64,000 nucleotides of DNA, taken from the NCBI GenBank assembly GCA_963716205.1, contig OY970290.1, forward strand, positions 367,417-431,416. The letters run 5' to 3'. The notes beneath the pieces are model-generated. The model was not told where the DNA came from and ran no database searches. It was given only the letters and a program-made list of their open reading frames with translations. Shown piece by piece: positions 1-10,800 of the stretch. Each line of letters begins with the position of its first letter. The stretch's first letter is position 1. The stretch comes from an uncultured bacterium. Lineage in GTDB: Bacteria > Patescibacteriota > Minisyncoccia > Phycocordibacterales > GWA1-40-21. Both the position numbers and the translations under genes were made by a program.

Positions 1-24
1 TATAAGCCAAGTTAATTATTCTTA

Positions 25-336
25 TTATTCTGACCCGAGGAGATAGCCGTTTTCAGTGTGAGTTCCCTTTCTTTCGTTAAAGTCCTTATCAACATCTTCC
101 CACTGATTGTTTGAATTATCCATCGCTCGTTCAGCCGCGTGAATAACAAACTCCATCAGAAGGCCATAATCATCATAATTATCCAGCATTGCCCAATGCA
201 TTCTTTCCAACTCAAGATCAGTCAACTCCCGTTCAACATTTTCTTCTACCATCCCCTTAATCATATCTGCGGTAATCATATACAATACTGGTGATTCCCA
301 TTTATCTTGTGAATAATAATCTTTACGTAGTGCCAT
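25..336 (-). CDS. Hypothetical acidic protein (103 aa)
   Basis: ATG ORF starting 13 bp after the integrase stop, same strand. Confidence 0.7.
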   Translation of the reverse strand: MALRKDYYSQDKWESPVLYMITADMIKGMVEENVERELTDLELERMHWAMLDNYDDYGLLMEFVIHAAERAMDNSNNQWEDVDKDFNERKGTHTENGYLLGSE

Positions 337-349
337 AAAATTTTTTAGT

Positions 350-1462
350 TTATTTTAATTTTTTTAATAAATTATCGAGCGATTCCTTCTCCTCTGATGA
401 AAGAGTTACACTGCCGTTGCTATCTTGCCCGGTCTGTATTTCCCTGACAATTTTTGTCGCATCCTTGTCGCTGATATTTCCATACCCATATGACCCAAAA
501 GTCGTTCCAACATTTTCGTGTCCGAGACACAGACTTATTGCCCGTTTTTCTTTTTCCGTCAGTCTTATCTCACTCATCATATGAACAATGAGGTGTCGAA
601 ATGAGTGCGGATTAAAATATGACACTTTTGCGTCCGCACATCTTTTCACGAAAATTTTTCTTGCCCCACCACTGTCACACCAAGATTTTTTAGTTACAAA
701 TTCTTTGGCATGACCAACGTCTTCATTACTCGGCTTATTTGATGTTGATGGAAAGATGGGATCATCAGGTTCGTAATTTTTTGATTTAAGATATGCGATC
801 CATTCCATAACATATTTCTCTGGTTCATTCCATCCGATAGGAAAGAATGTGGAAAGAATTTTTTTAGAAGCTTTCGTCTTGACACCATCACCCGGATTCT
901 GATAAATTTCTTTTGTCCGTTCATTGAAATTTTTCATCTTCAAAGTAATGATAGCAGATATACGCATTCCTGTAATTAGAGCAAAAGAGATCAATGCTCT
1001 ATCCCTCCTATCTATCTCATTCTTTACTTCGATAGTGTCAATAATTTTTTTCACTTCCTCAAAGGTCGGCATGAGTCTCGTGGTGCCAGCAGTCGCAATA
1101 CTAACTTCATTATTGGGAAGGCGTAAAAATTCTACATTGTTTTTTAGCACTTTATTTTTGTAGCCGGGTTGATCTGAAAGCCACATAAAGAATTTTTTAA
1201 TTCTTCGCAAATAATTATACTGCGTCACAATGGTTAAAATTCCCAATTTCGTTTTTGTTTCTTTAACCTTCATCCACTTTATAAAGTCTATCGCTTTAGA
1301 CTTACTAAAGTTAGAAAAATCCTCATACTCAGAGAATGTTTCCCATAAAGAAACAGCTTCTGCGAACGAATCCAATGAACCTTCAACAAACCCCTTGGCA
1401 TACTTTAGATGTTCCAAAAAACTTCTCTTAATTTCCTCGTTTTTGTAATTTGTGTTTGGCAT
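350..1462 (-). CDS. Tyrosine recombinase/integrase
   Basis: Catalytic motifs ITGMRISA (R), KTK (K), HSFRH (HxxR), LGHE and a C-terminal Tyr (SYGYG); 370 aa. Confidence 0.92.
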   Translation of the reverse strand: MPNTNYKNEEIKRSFLEHLKYAKGFVEGSLDSFAEAVSLWETFSEYEDFSNFSKSKAIDFIKWMKVKETKTKLGILTIVTQYNYLRRIKKFFMWLSDQPGYKNKVLKNNVEFLRLPNNEVSIATAGTTRLMPTFEEVKKIIDTIEVKNEIDRRDRALISFALITGMRISAIITLKMKNFNERTKEIYQNPGDGVKTKASKKILSTFFPIGWNEPEKYVMEWIAYLKSKNYEPDDPIFPSTSNKPSNEDVGHAKEFVTKKSWCDSGGARKIFVKRCADAKVSYFNPHSFRHLIVHMMSEIRLTEKEKRAISLCLGHENVGTTFGSYGYGNISDKDATKIVREIQTGQDSNGSVTLSSEEKESLDNLLKKLK

Positions 1463-1463
1463 T

Positions 1464-1886
1464 TTAATGATTGTTAGGACTGTTGTTAAAAAAGGACATT
1501 TGGACTGGAGATACGGTTATCTTATAGTCCTTTTTGGCGAGCTTAATTGTCCTGCATACTTTTCCCTTACAGACAGAACATATACCCATCTTATTACCGT
1601 TACGAATACGGGCGGAGCCTCTTTTTGCGGTAGTTGGACCCCTACATGTAAAGCACCAAAATTCATTTGGTTTTAATCTCGCATTCTTTTTTGAATCTTT
1701 ATTTTTCAAAAATTCTTTCAGATCAAAACCATTAATAAGCATTGAATGTTTTCTATCACCAACGGTTCTCAATCCAATTTTTATCCATCGTAAGCAGGTT
1801 TTTTCAACTACACCCAAGAGATCTGGAATTTCTTTAACCAAGTAGCTCCTATGGATATGAATTTTTTTTGAATTGATTTTCGTCAT
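1464..1886 (-). CDS. HTH + zinc-ribbon DNA-binding protein (possible excisionase/directionality factor)
   Basis: N-terminal MerR/Xis-like HTH (YLVKEIPDLLGVVEKTCLRWIK), CFTC...CSVC motif; abuts the integrase start. Confidence 0.65.
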   Translation of the reverse strand: MTKINSKKIHIHRSYLVKEIPDLLGVVEKTCLRWIKIGLRTVGDRKHSMLINGFDLKEFLKNKDSKKNARLKPNEFWCFTCRGPTTAKRGSARIRNGNKMGICSVCKGKVCRTIKLAKKDYKITVSPVQMSFFNNSPNNH

Positions 1887-2113
1887 AGAGAATTTTTCTG
1901 TGATGATTCCCTATTTTGTTTTTCATCTGATTCATAGAGAGCTGTTATTGCAAAACGTGAAAGCCTCAATAAAGAAAAACCGAAACGATTTGCTTCTTCG
2001 TCCGTCAAATCAATCCCATAATCATGCTTGATTATTATTTTGAATTTTTGTATACTTCCAGCACTAAGTTTTCTTGGTGCTCCGGAATTATTTTTATAAT
2101 TTCGATCTTGCAC
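1883..2113 (-). CDS. Small hypothetical protein leading the integrase operon
   Basis: 76 aa; 4-bp overlap with the downstream HTH gene. Confidence 0.6.
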   Translation of the reverse strand: MQDRNYKNNSGAPRKLSAGSIQKFKIIIKHDYGIDLTDEEANRFGFSLLRLSRFAITALYESDEKQNRESSQKNSL

Positions 2114-2255
2114 ATGCTGATTTTAGAATAAAAAAAATTCCACAAGGGTAGTTGTGAAAAAATTGTGAATTTACTTAAATTTATTCATCTGGACACTATC
2201 GGATACAGTGTGATGAGGTAGAAAAAATTCACAAGTTTCTGTTAAAACTTGTGAA

Positions 2256-3149
2256 TTAGAATTTTTTCTTTCTTTGTCGAGCTCTTTTTCTGATGCAGTC
2301 TATATTTTCTCTTATATCGGGGCAGTATTTACCATTATAATCAAACGGTAATGGTTTACTGCAACAATTACATATACTGGATGCTTTGTATAAAGCAACC
2401 ATTTCTTCTGTCATTAAAGACTCCAAATCTTTTGCTATAGCTACAGTGATAAATTTTTTGGTTTCCTCACCCTTATTTTCAATAATTTTCTCAAGATTAT
2501 TCAGAGAATCAGTATTATTAAAACAGACTATTCCATTTTCATTTCCTTCGTCTAACGCTTTCCATAATTTTGAGTATGGTATGTTGACATAAAAAACTGG
2601 TGGCTGTTTTAAATTACTGAAATTTTCCCACAGACCAGTTTTTGTATTCATTATCTGATTATATTTCTTTTTAACGGATGGTTTCAGTCCATCAATAAAA
2701 TAATAATTTACCTCACGTAATTTTAATTCTTCTACAATTTGTTCCTTATTTTCATCTGTATAATTCATAATTTTCCAAAATAGAGGTATCTGTATCATCC
2801 CGGTATAGCTATATAAAGTCAATTGAAAAGCAGAGCCGTAAGAAGATCCAAAAGTTCCGGTAGGAATAAATTTTCTTAAATTATCACCCGCCTGATTAGC
2901 CCATTCTTTTGTTCCACCCAATTTTGGTATAACGCAAAGTTTATTTTCATATTGATCCTCATAACTAATTGCCGTATACATTGTGTATAAATCTTTCACA
3001 TCCAGCGGTTTTATTTTAATAAAATCTATTAGTTGAGACCAGAGAGAGTTTCTCCTCGATAATTCAAAGTCATCGATAATATCATTATTATGATGGTCAG
3101 ACACTAAAATGGCATATCGGATAGGAAATTCATTCGGTAGGCTTTTCAT
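2256..3149 (-). CDS. Hypothetical protein with C-terminal Cys cluster (possible zinc finger)
   Basis: 297-aa ORF ending CNCC...YCP...C plus a basic tail. Confidence 0.65.
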   Translation of the reverse strand: MKSLPNEFPIRYAILVSDHHNNDIIDDFELSRRNSLWSQLIDFIKIKPLDVKDLYTMYTAISYEDQYENKLCVIPKLGGTKEWANQAGDNLRKFIPTGTFGSSYGSAFQLTLYSYTGMIQIPLFWKIMNYTDENKEQIVEELKLREVNYYFIDGLKPSVKKKYNQIMNTKTGLWENFSNLKQPPVFYVNIPYSKLWKALDEGNENGIVCFNNTDSLNNLEKIIENKGEETKKFITVAIAKDLESLMTEEMVALYKASSICNCCSKPLPFDYNGKYCPDIRENIDCIRKRARQRKKKF

Positions 3150-3439
3150 CCCCCTACTTTACGTTACAAAACAATAAAATTCAACGCTTCCAATTTTTAT
3201 CGTTATGAGCTATCATTGCGAAGACAATTGAATAAGCAAGTAATCTAAACCGGCGAGCGATTGCTGGCATGATGAAAAGAAAGTCCTACGAAGACAAAAG
3301 ACCCATTATATGGGGTTTGTCTTCGTAGGCCGTATCGGGAAACCGGTGCGAGTGACGCAAGTCACTAACCCATGTAATGGGCCTTTTGTCTGTCGGCAAA
3401 AACCTCCTTGGGTATTATCAGTTTTTAGCATTAAATAAA

Positions 3440-3676
3440 GTGGAAAAATCACCAAAATTGAGACTCACCGCATTATTATTGTGTTGGTTTTTTGGAGTAT
3501 TTGGCATACATCGTTTCTATGTCGGAAAAGTAGGCACCGGCATACTTTGGCTTTTCACTTTAGGATGTTTCGGGATAGGCGCATTGGTTGATCTCATTAT
3601 GATCGCTTCGGGTTCGTTCAGAGACGGACAAGGTAGACTTGTTCTGCAATGGACCAATTCAGCGACTAAAAACTAA
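3440..3676 (+). CDS. TM2 domain membrane protein
   Basis: ALLLCWFFGVFGIHRFYVGKVGTGILWLFTLG is the TM2 signature. GTG at 3440 is preferred over 3377, which lies in a hairpin-rich leader. Confidence 0.85.
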   Translation: MEKSPKLRLTALLLCWFFGVFGIHRFYVGKVGTGILWLFTLGCFGIGALVDLIMIASGSFRDGQGRLVLQWTNSATKN

Positions 3677-3687
3677 CAAATAAAACT

Positions 3688-4647
3688 ATGGAAACACTTT
3701 TTGTATTTCTCATGCTCGCATCAGTCGTCGGATTGATTGTCGGCCTAACAAAGCCGGAAACAGTGCATTTGAACTCTCGCGGCAAAGTCGGGTTATTTTT
3801 CGGCGGAGCGATTGTGATATTCATCATTCTCACTGGTGCCGGTTCGACGACTCAAACTCAATCAACACCCATTACTGCAACGGCGACGGTTTCAACCACA
3901 ACTTCAAATACATCTCCGGTTGCAACAACTTCCACGTCAACACCAATCGTGCAACCTGTTACTCAAACTCCATCAGTCACAAAAAAGCCTGTGGCAGTTC
4001 AGACGACTCAGCCAGTCGTTTCAACTCCAGTTCAAACTCCTACACCAGTCATAGCACCTGCGCCACAAGCTCCGGCACCATTTACCATCTCAGGCACGGG
4101 ACAAACTGCATCTCGTCAGTTTACTCTCCAGCAAGGACTTGCGATTTTTACAATGAATTATAGCGGAGCTGGTAATTTCATTGTTGACCTTTTGGATAGC
4201 AGTGGGAACGAAGTAGCCAATCTTGCGAATCAGATCGGCAATTACAGCGGTTCTCAGGCGGTCCAAATTCCTGGGACAGGTTCATACATTTTCAATGTGC
4301 AGGCAGGAAGCGCCACTGAAAGCGGATCGTGGAGTATTACAACCAGCCAGCCGATTCCCACCAATGTCTCATCAGTAACTACGCTTACCGGCACTGGTGA
4401 CAAAGCTACTCAATTTTTCAGTCTCTCATCAGGACTCCATACCTTCAACATGAGCTATAACGGCAGTGGTAACTTCATTGTCAGTCTTTTGGACCAGAAT
4501 GGAAACGAGGTGCAGGGACTTGAAAATGTTATTGGTAGTTTCACTGGATCAACTGCCGTTGGCATTGATGCCTCAGGTCCATACCTGCTCAATGTGACGG
4601 CGGGATCGGCAAATTCGGCTGGAAATTGGAGTATCAGTATACAGTAA
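3688..4647 (+). CDS. Membrane-anchored surface protein with Thr/Pro-rich stalk and two tandem beta-rich domains
   Basis: Two N-terminal hydrophobic helices, T/P/S linker, internal duplication (SGTG...GNFIV.LLD..GNEV...G.WSI twice). Confidence 0.8.
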   Translation: METLFVFLMLASVVGLIVGLTKPETVHLNSRGKVGLFFGGAIVIFIILTGAGSTTQTQSTPITATATVSTTTSNTSPVATTSTSTPIVQPVTQTPSVTKKPVAVQTTQPVVSTPVQTPTPVIAPAPQAPAPFTISGTGQTASRQFTLQQGLAIFTMNYSGAGNFIVDLLDSSGNEVANLANQIGNYSGSQAVQIPGTGSYIFNVQAGSATESGSWSITTSQPIPTNVSSVTTLTGTGDKATQFFSLSSGLHTFNMSYNGSGNFIVSLLDQNGNEVQGLENVIGSFTGSTAVGIDASGPYLLNVTAGSANSAGNWSISIQ

Positions 4648-4668
4648 CCAAACTCAATAATTTAAATT

Positions 4669-5544
4669 ATGCAGTATCCTAAAATAATAACGAAAGAAAT
4701 TCCACTTGATCAAATTCATCCAGATCCGAAACAACCTAGAGGAGATTTGGGAACAGAGGCAGATAATAACAAAAATCGTTTGTTGTTATCTATGAAAGAC
4801 TTTGGATTGCGATCCCCCATCGCTGTTGCAAAGATTGGCGAAAATAAATACAGTATCGTCAATGGTGTTCGTCGTTATCGTTGTGCTCAATTGCTCGGCT
4901 GGGAAACTATACGGTCTGAAATTCACCCCGAATCGAGTATAGGAGATATTAAGCGAATCAGGTTTGATCTTCAAAATAATGTGCGTCCGTGGAAAGCCCT
5001 TGAACGTTCTGGTGAGATCAAGGAAATTAAAAATTCTTTGAAACTCAAAACGAACAAGGAACTTGCTGAATATCTTCACTTTCCTCAAAATTTACTCGCC
5101 GTTTCCCTCTCACTCCAGAAGAGACGTGAGGAGTATCAGGATTTAATGGACGAATATGAACTTTCTGAAAGTTATCAGGAAGAATTTGTTGGCCTTGAGC
5201 CGAAAATCAGACCAATCAAAGATTTTACTAAAGATAACATCATACGTAATCTTCTCGACAGAGTAAAACATATGATTATAAAAAGTGCGAAGGATTTTTA
5301 TAAATTAGGTAGTATTTTTCTCAAAGCTCACCGAAACGAAAAGGAAATTCATAACTTCTTGAAGGACCCGGATATGCGAGTATCGGAGCTTGTAGAAAGA
5401 ACAATTCAAGATGGCTATATGAAGGATTTGGAAAATATCATAAAATTGACAAGCACGAAGATTAGCGAAGGATATGTATTTTCTCCCGAGATAAAAAAAA
5501 TACTTAATCAATTTAGAAACTTATTAACTAAAGCTATTGATTAG
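4669..5544 (+). CDS. ParB/Srx N-terminal domain protein
   Basis: IHPDPKQPR...GLRSPIAV...IVNGVRRYRCA ParB-like motif, followed by an HTH-like segment. Confidence 0.85.
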   Translation: MQYPKIITKEIPLDQIHPDPKQPRGDLGTEADNNKNRLLLSMKDFGLRSPIAVAKIGENKYSIVNGVRRYRCAQLLGWETIRSEIHPESSIGDIKRIRFDLQNNVRPWKALERSGEIKEIKNSLKLKTNKELAEYLHFPQNLLAVSLSLQKRREEYQDLMDEYELSESYQEEFVGLEPKIRPIKDFTKDNIIRNLLDRVKHMIIKSAKDFYKLGSIFLKAHRNEKEIHNFLKDPDMRVSELVERTIQDGYMKDLENIIKLTSTKISEGYVFSPEIKKILNQFRNLLTKAID

Positions 5545-5546
5545 AT

Positions 5547-6917
5547 ATGTTTACTATTGACGAAAAAAATCTTCCGAAAAAAGCTGTAGCATATTATAGA
5601 CATTCGGCGGAAGACAAACAGGAAAATTCAGTGCCCATCCAGCGTGAGCACGCTGTAAAATTCGCTTCCCAACACGGAATAGAAATTATTCATGAGGAAG
5701 CCGATGAAGGAATAAGTGGATTATCGGGTCTGGACTCAAGACCTAGTTTCAAAAGATTGTTTGAAGAATGGATTGAAAATCCAAAAGCTCCTAAATTTGA
5801 TTATGTGCTTGTGCTTGATGAATCACGTTGGGGAAGATTTCAAAATCCTGACGAAGCAGGACATTTGCAATTTCGTTGTAGTCAACAAGATAAACAAGTG
5901 ATTTATATTGATAGTGGTTTCCCTAGAAAAGATCAACCACTCATGAATAATCTAGCTACTTCTATGAAACGAGCTATGGCCGCCGAGTATAGTCGCAATT
6001 TGAGCGAAAAAGTGATTCGTGGATGTATAGAAATTTCAAGACAGGGATATTCTGCCGGTGGTTGTCCTTGTTATGGCATGGCTCGTATGCTTCTCGATGC
6101 TGAGAAAAAACCAATGTATGTATTAAAACCCGGCGAGCATAAAGCAATTGCCAATGCCCGTGTTACCTTTGTGCCAGCCGAGGACGGAACCAAAGAAGTT
6201 GTTCAAGATATTTTTGCGATGTTTGTCAAAGAACAGAAGACGATGAAAGAAATTGCAGAGGTTCTCAACGAAAAAGGTATTCCCTCTCCGAAAAATAAAA
6301 ATTGGGATGATAATAAGATAGCTCGCATCCTTACCAACGAATCATACATTGGCACAAAGACATATAATAAAACGTGGCATCGTCTCAAACAAAAATCAAA
6401 GAAAAATCCTAAAAGTGATTGGGTTATCGTGCCAAACGCTTTTCCAGCAATTATTGATGTCACAACTTTCAATAGTGCTCAAGAAACCATTCATTGGATG
6501 ATGACAAAACACAGAAAGGGTGGCTACTATCTCATCCTAAGAACACAGCGTCGTGTCGAAAAGGAATTAACAGAATTTTTAATACAGAATGGAATTGATC
6601 CGAATGAATCGCTCGTAGCACTGAATCGCTTCCCTATCATTTACAGTGTTGCTTTATTAAACCAGTCTTCTCCTCAATGGTGTTTTGTCGTGCCAGATAA
6701 AATGATGGGCAGTAATTTAGTATTAGGTGTTGGAATTGGTGCAGATAAATCAGAAAAGAATGAGCGCATATTTGCTATTCCCACAAATGAATTAGGGCTG
6801 GTGAATTTCTGTATGTTTTCAGAGAAAGATGATGACTACTCGCGTTATTTTGTGAAAGAGGAACAAGTTGGAGATACAGTTCTATCTATCACCAAAGAGT
6901 TAATAAACGCTATATAA
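5547..6917 (+). CDS. Large serine recombinase (resolvase + recombinase domains)
   Basis: AYYRHSAEDKQENS (catalytic Ser), DESRWGR, AAEYSRNLSEKV, and recombinase domain IAEVLNEKGIPSP...W...ILTNESYIG...FPAII. Confidence 0.92.
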   Translation: MFTIDEKNLPKKAVAYYRHSAEDKQENSVPIQREHAVKFASQHGIEIIHEEADEGISGLSGLDSRPSFKRLFEEWIENPKAPKFDYVLVLDESRWGRFQNPDEAGHLQFRCSQQDKQVIYIDSGFPRKDQPLMNNLATSMKRAMAAEYSRNLSEKVIRGCIEISRQGYSAGGCPCYGMARMLLDAEKKPMYVLKPGEHKAIANARVTFVPAEDGTKEVVQDIFAMFVKEQKTMKEIAEVLNEKGIPSPKNKNWDDNKIARILTNESYIGTKTYNKTWHRLKQKSKKNPKSDWVIVPNAFPAIIDVTTFNSAQETIHWMMTKHRKGGYYLILRTQRRVEKELTEFLIQNGIDPNESLVALNRFPIIYSVALLNQSSPQWCFVVPDKMMGSNLVLGVGIGADKSEKNERIFAIPTNELGLVNFCMFSEKDDDYSRYFVKEEQVGDTVLSITKELINAI

Positions 6918-6949
6918 ATTTATAATTATTTTGTATTAAAATAAACAGT

Positions 6950-7222
6950 ATGAAGCGAAAAAGTAAAAAGCGATTGAAAAAGAAATCCACTAAGATAAAA
7001 GATGAGGTGGATAAATTATCTTTAAAGCGTTATCAAGACATTGAGAACGGAAAAGTTTTACCGACATTTATAGAATTTTTCAAACTTTGTATTATTTTTG
7101 ATATAGCGGAAAACGTAAATCTAAAATGGTCCTATCCGTCGCTTTACAAAGACCTGAAACGAAAGATTGATGCGAGGAAAAAAGAAATAGATACTTTAAA
7201 GGTCTTGAAAAAGAAGCAATAA
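6950..7222 (+). CDS. Small basic protein with XRE-like HTH segment
   Basis: YQDIENGKVLPTFIEFFKLCIIF resembles the XRE HTH C-terminal half. Confidence 0.5.
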   Translation: MKRKSKKRLKKKSTKIKDEVDKLSLKRYQDIENGKVLPTFIEFFKLCIIFDIAENVNLKWSYPSLYKDLKRKIDARKKEIDTLKVLKKKQ

Positions 7223-7299
7223 AATAGTTGAAATAAAACTTGATATGTGACATTATGTAATTGAAAAGCGTAATTGCTACTAGCATAAAATAATTAAAT

Positions 7300-7869
7300 A
7301 TGGATAAAGATATAAAAATTGGAATCGCAGTAATTATCGGTATCGCTCTAATAACCGGAGCTTATTTAATTGGACAAAAATCAAACACTTCTTCTCAACA
7401 AGAAGTAAGTGTGCCGAATCCAACTTCTTCAGAAGTGACAGCACAAACTCAACCCAGCACTGCTAATAATCAAACTGCGGAAGATAATACTTCGAATACT
7501 AATAATGACTTATTTAATAAACAACAGACATGTTCACAAATACTAAATAATTTTGAGGAGGAGCAACAATCACAATACACTAAACTTGGCGTAACTTCTT
7601 TTACACTTACAAATTTTGTTGTCGGTTACAGTCCTATACTAAATGTTTGTGTTGGAGGATATAATGCTGTTAGTCAACCGGGTGGAAACTTTGCTGGCAT
7701 TCTTAGTCAGTATACGATTATAAACTTAAACACAAACCAAGCCCTTGCTGTTCCCGGTGAAGGTTCAATCACTACTTATATAGAAGATAGTAATCCTTCT
7801 TATCCAAATCATCAATATCAGCAATATCTTAACGAACTGTCTTATTTAACAAATGGGGAAATTCATTGA
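7300..7869 (+). CDS. Secreted/membrane-anchored hypothetical protein
   Basis: N-terminal hydrophobic helix, S/T/N/Q linker, two Cys. Confidence 0.75.
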   Translation: MDKDIKIGIAVIIGIALITGAYLIGQKSNTSSQQEVSVPNPTSSEVTAQTQPSTANNQTAEDNTSNTNNDLFNKQQTCSQILNNFEEEQQSQYTKLGVTSFTLTNFVVGYSPILNVCVGGYNAVSQPGGNFAGILSQYTIINLNTNQALAVPGEGSITTYIEDSNPSYPNHQYQQYLNELSYLTNGEIH

Positions 7870-7898
7870 TTAGAATTGAATGCAAATTATCTTGTTCT

Positions 7899-10800
7899 TT
7901 ACATTAGTGAAGTAAAATTAAGAAGTGGTCCGTGCTTAACAATAAGCCCAGACTGGATCATCTCGTCCACAATATCTTTAACCCGATCTGCTTCCTCTGG
8001 ATCAATCCTCGGCACTTGGAAAATTAATCTGATACTCTGTATTGCGTTATCATACGCCAAGCCAAACTGATCTTTTATTAAAAAATTAATCGCATTTTTA
8101 ATTTCAATAGCTGGAATTTCCCCCAAACGCCTAACAAGACCATCATCACCAGGAACTCTAAAATATGTGCAATCCTTAGAGGTTGGATATAAAAATCCCT
8201 TATCTGATTTATTTTTTTCTACATACCCTTCTTTTATCACTCTTTTGATTGCATTATCAAAATTATCGCTAATATTTGAACCTACCCTTCCAATGTTTGA
8301 TAATTCTCTCACTCTTTCTAAAAGCACGTCCTGATGTATAGGACCCTCCTCTTCTATAATCGTGAGAAGTGCGTGTGAAAAATTGTGGTTTTTACTTGGA
8401 GTCATCAAATCTTTTCTGTTTATTTTAAACGATGATTTTTCGTATCTTTTGCCTACTTTTTGCACTCTCAGTGGAATTTCAGTTAAAATATAGTCCTGAT
8501 CCAAAGTAGTTGTGTTTGGTTTATCCGATTTAGGACTGCTCCGATGATCATTCTTAATTGCCAAGTTGACATTCTCAACTAAACGCTGAAGAGCTTCATC
8601 CCTGTTTCTAAACCACTCGGTTGACCAAATCCTATATAATTTCCAACCCATTCCAAGCAATATTTCTTGTCTGAGAATATCTCTGTCCCTTGCAGATTTT
8701 GAGCTGTGGTATGTTGCACCGTCACACTCAATGCCGATAATGTAGCTTTGTGGATTTTTTGGATCCTTTACAGCAAGATCAATTTTAAAGGAACCGACTC
8801 CCACTTGAGGATCAACAACAAAACCTCTTGCTTCAAGTTCTCTCCGCACGGAATCCTCAAAATCATTTGTTTCTTCGTTTAAAACTTTTGGCGATTCTTT
8901 ATTACTCAAAAAGCCATTTTCTGCATATTGAATATAGTTTTTTAAACCGACAGGACCGAGATTATCCGGATTGATACCAACCAATTCAGAAGATCGTATG
9001 GAAGTTATTAAAATAGTTTTCCACTTTGCTCTGGTAACAAGAACGTTCAATCGCCTCCATCCTCCCGCTGTATTGATTGGTCCAAAATTCAGAGTCATTT
9101 TTCCATCGGCGGCTTTGCCATAACCAATGCTAATCATTATGACGTCTCGCTCGTCTCCCTGGACATTTTCCAACGATTTTACGAAAAAAGGATTCGTTCT
9201 TTCTGGATCCAAAAGAGGAGCAAGGTCTTTGTTTTCTGTCTGTTGCAGTTCTTCCTCCAAAGCTTCCTGAATCGCCTCTTTTTGAGACGAGTTTAAGGCG
9301 ACCACGCCGAGTGTTTTCTCCGGTTCTGTTTTGAAATGCTTAACAATAAGTTTTGCAGTGTGCCGTGCTTCTTTTCTATTTACTCTACTGCCACCCCGAT
9401 CCCATACACCATCGGAAACGTATTCTAGGATGACGCCGCCTGAACTGGCATCAGACGGAGTTGGAAATGTTATAAGCTGACCGTTGTAATAATAATGATT
9501 AGAAAAATTGATCAATCTTTCGTTACGGCTACGGTAGTGCCATTGCAGATCAGTTTCTGAAAATGCTGGAATTGACGCTTTGCAGTCATCCAAAAGAGAT
9601 TCAAGATCATCTGACTGCTGTTCATCCCATTCATCAGAATCATCCAAGATATTGGTTCTGAAAAAAGAGGTTGGTGGCAACTGTTTTGAATCTCCGGCGA
9701 CAATTACTTGTTTTGCCCTCAGGATTGCTGGAATTGCCTCTGGGGTTGGCAATTGTGAAGCTTCATCAAAGATAACGAGATCAAAATTAAACGCTCCTGG
9801 TTTCAAAAAGGTTGATACCGACAAAGGACTCATTAAAAAGCATGGTTTCAAAGCCTGCAATATCTGCGGAATCTCATTAAACAAGACTCTTAACGGCTTC
9901 AATTTTTTCTTTTTCTCCATCTCTTTTCTCAATATTCCGACGCCGTTGGAGGTGCCAATATTTGCGTGTGCAATCCTCACTTGTCTCGCTGTCTGTGCTG
10001 GTTCGGCTATCAAATTTATAGCGGCGAGGCGAGTAATTCGCTCGTCCAGTATTTTATATTTGCTGATCAGCTCCACTTGGGACATCTGTGAAAATTCACT
10101 GAGAATTGGTTTTGAATAGATCATCGCATCTATCCACAGCGAATAAAATCTCTTCTTGAAAATTTCAGTTGATTTTTCAAAATTCTGATGTCCTATCTTT
10201 TCCAAAAATGGCATCAGCTTATTCTCGTGGCAACGTGAAATTATCCTAGAGATTATCTGCTGTTCCCTAGCGCCTTTTTGATTTAGATTCGGCAAAATGA
10301 GATTTAGATATTTGACAGCATCGAATAATTTCAAAGTTTCAATCTTAAAATTATCAAGGAAGCCGTTCGGCCAAAAAGTATTAATCTCCTGGAGAATTTT
10401 CTTAACTTCCTCCTTATTGGCATTCAAAAAATCAACAAGTTTTGCAATATCATTTGAAACTGAAGCGTTAAATACTGTTTTTTCAGGTATGGTGGCGTTG
10501 ATATTGTTTGCCCAGTTTTTGAGATTGATGGCGGTTTTGGTTTCCAATTTGACAGTGGAAAGATTCTTTAAAATCGTTTGGTCTGAATCGTTATGCAGGT
10601 TTAATTCTTTGAATTTTAAAAAAATCTCATCGTCAAGGATAACTATTTTTTGTGAAATATCAAAAGCTTGTGCAAGATCGCCAAACCGAAAAGATTTTAA
10701 ATTATCCAACATTTGCAATACCGCCTTTTTATCTGAGAAATATTTTAACTTGATTCGTGAATACCAGTTTTTATATGTCTCAAAAAACAAATTAGACCCA

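Noticed and set aside
3688-4647. Diversity-generating retroelement TR/VR pair in the duplicated domain
   Set aside because: The duplication is an old in-frame protein-domain repeat, I did not see adenine-specific differences, and no reverse transcriptase is present.
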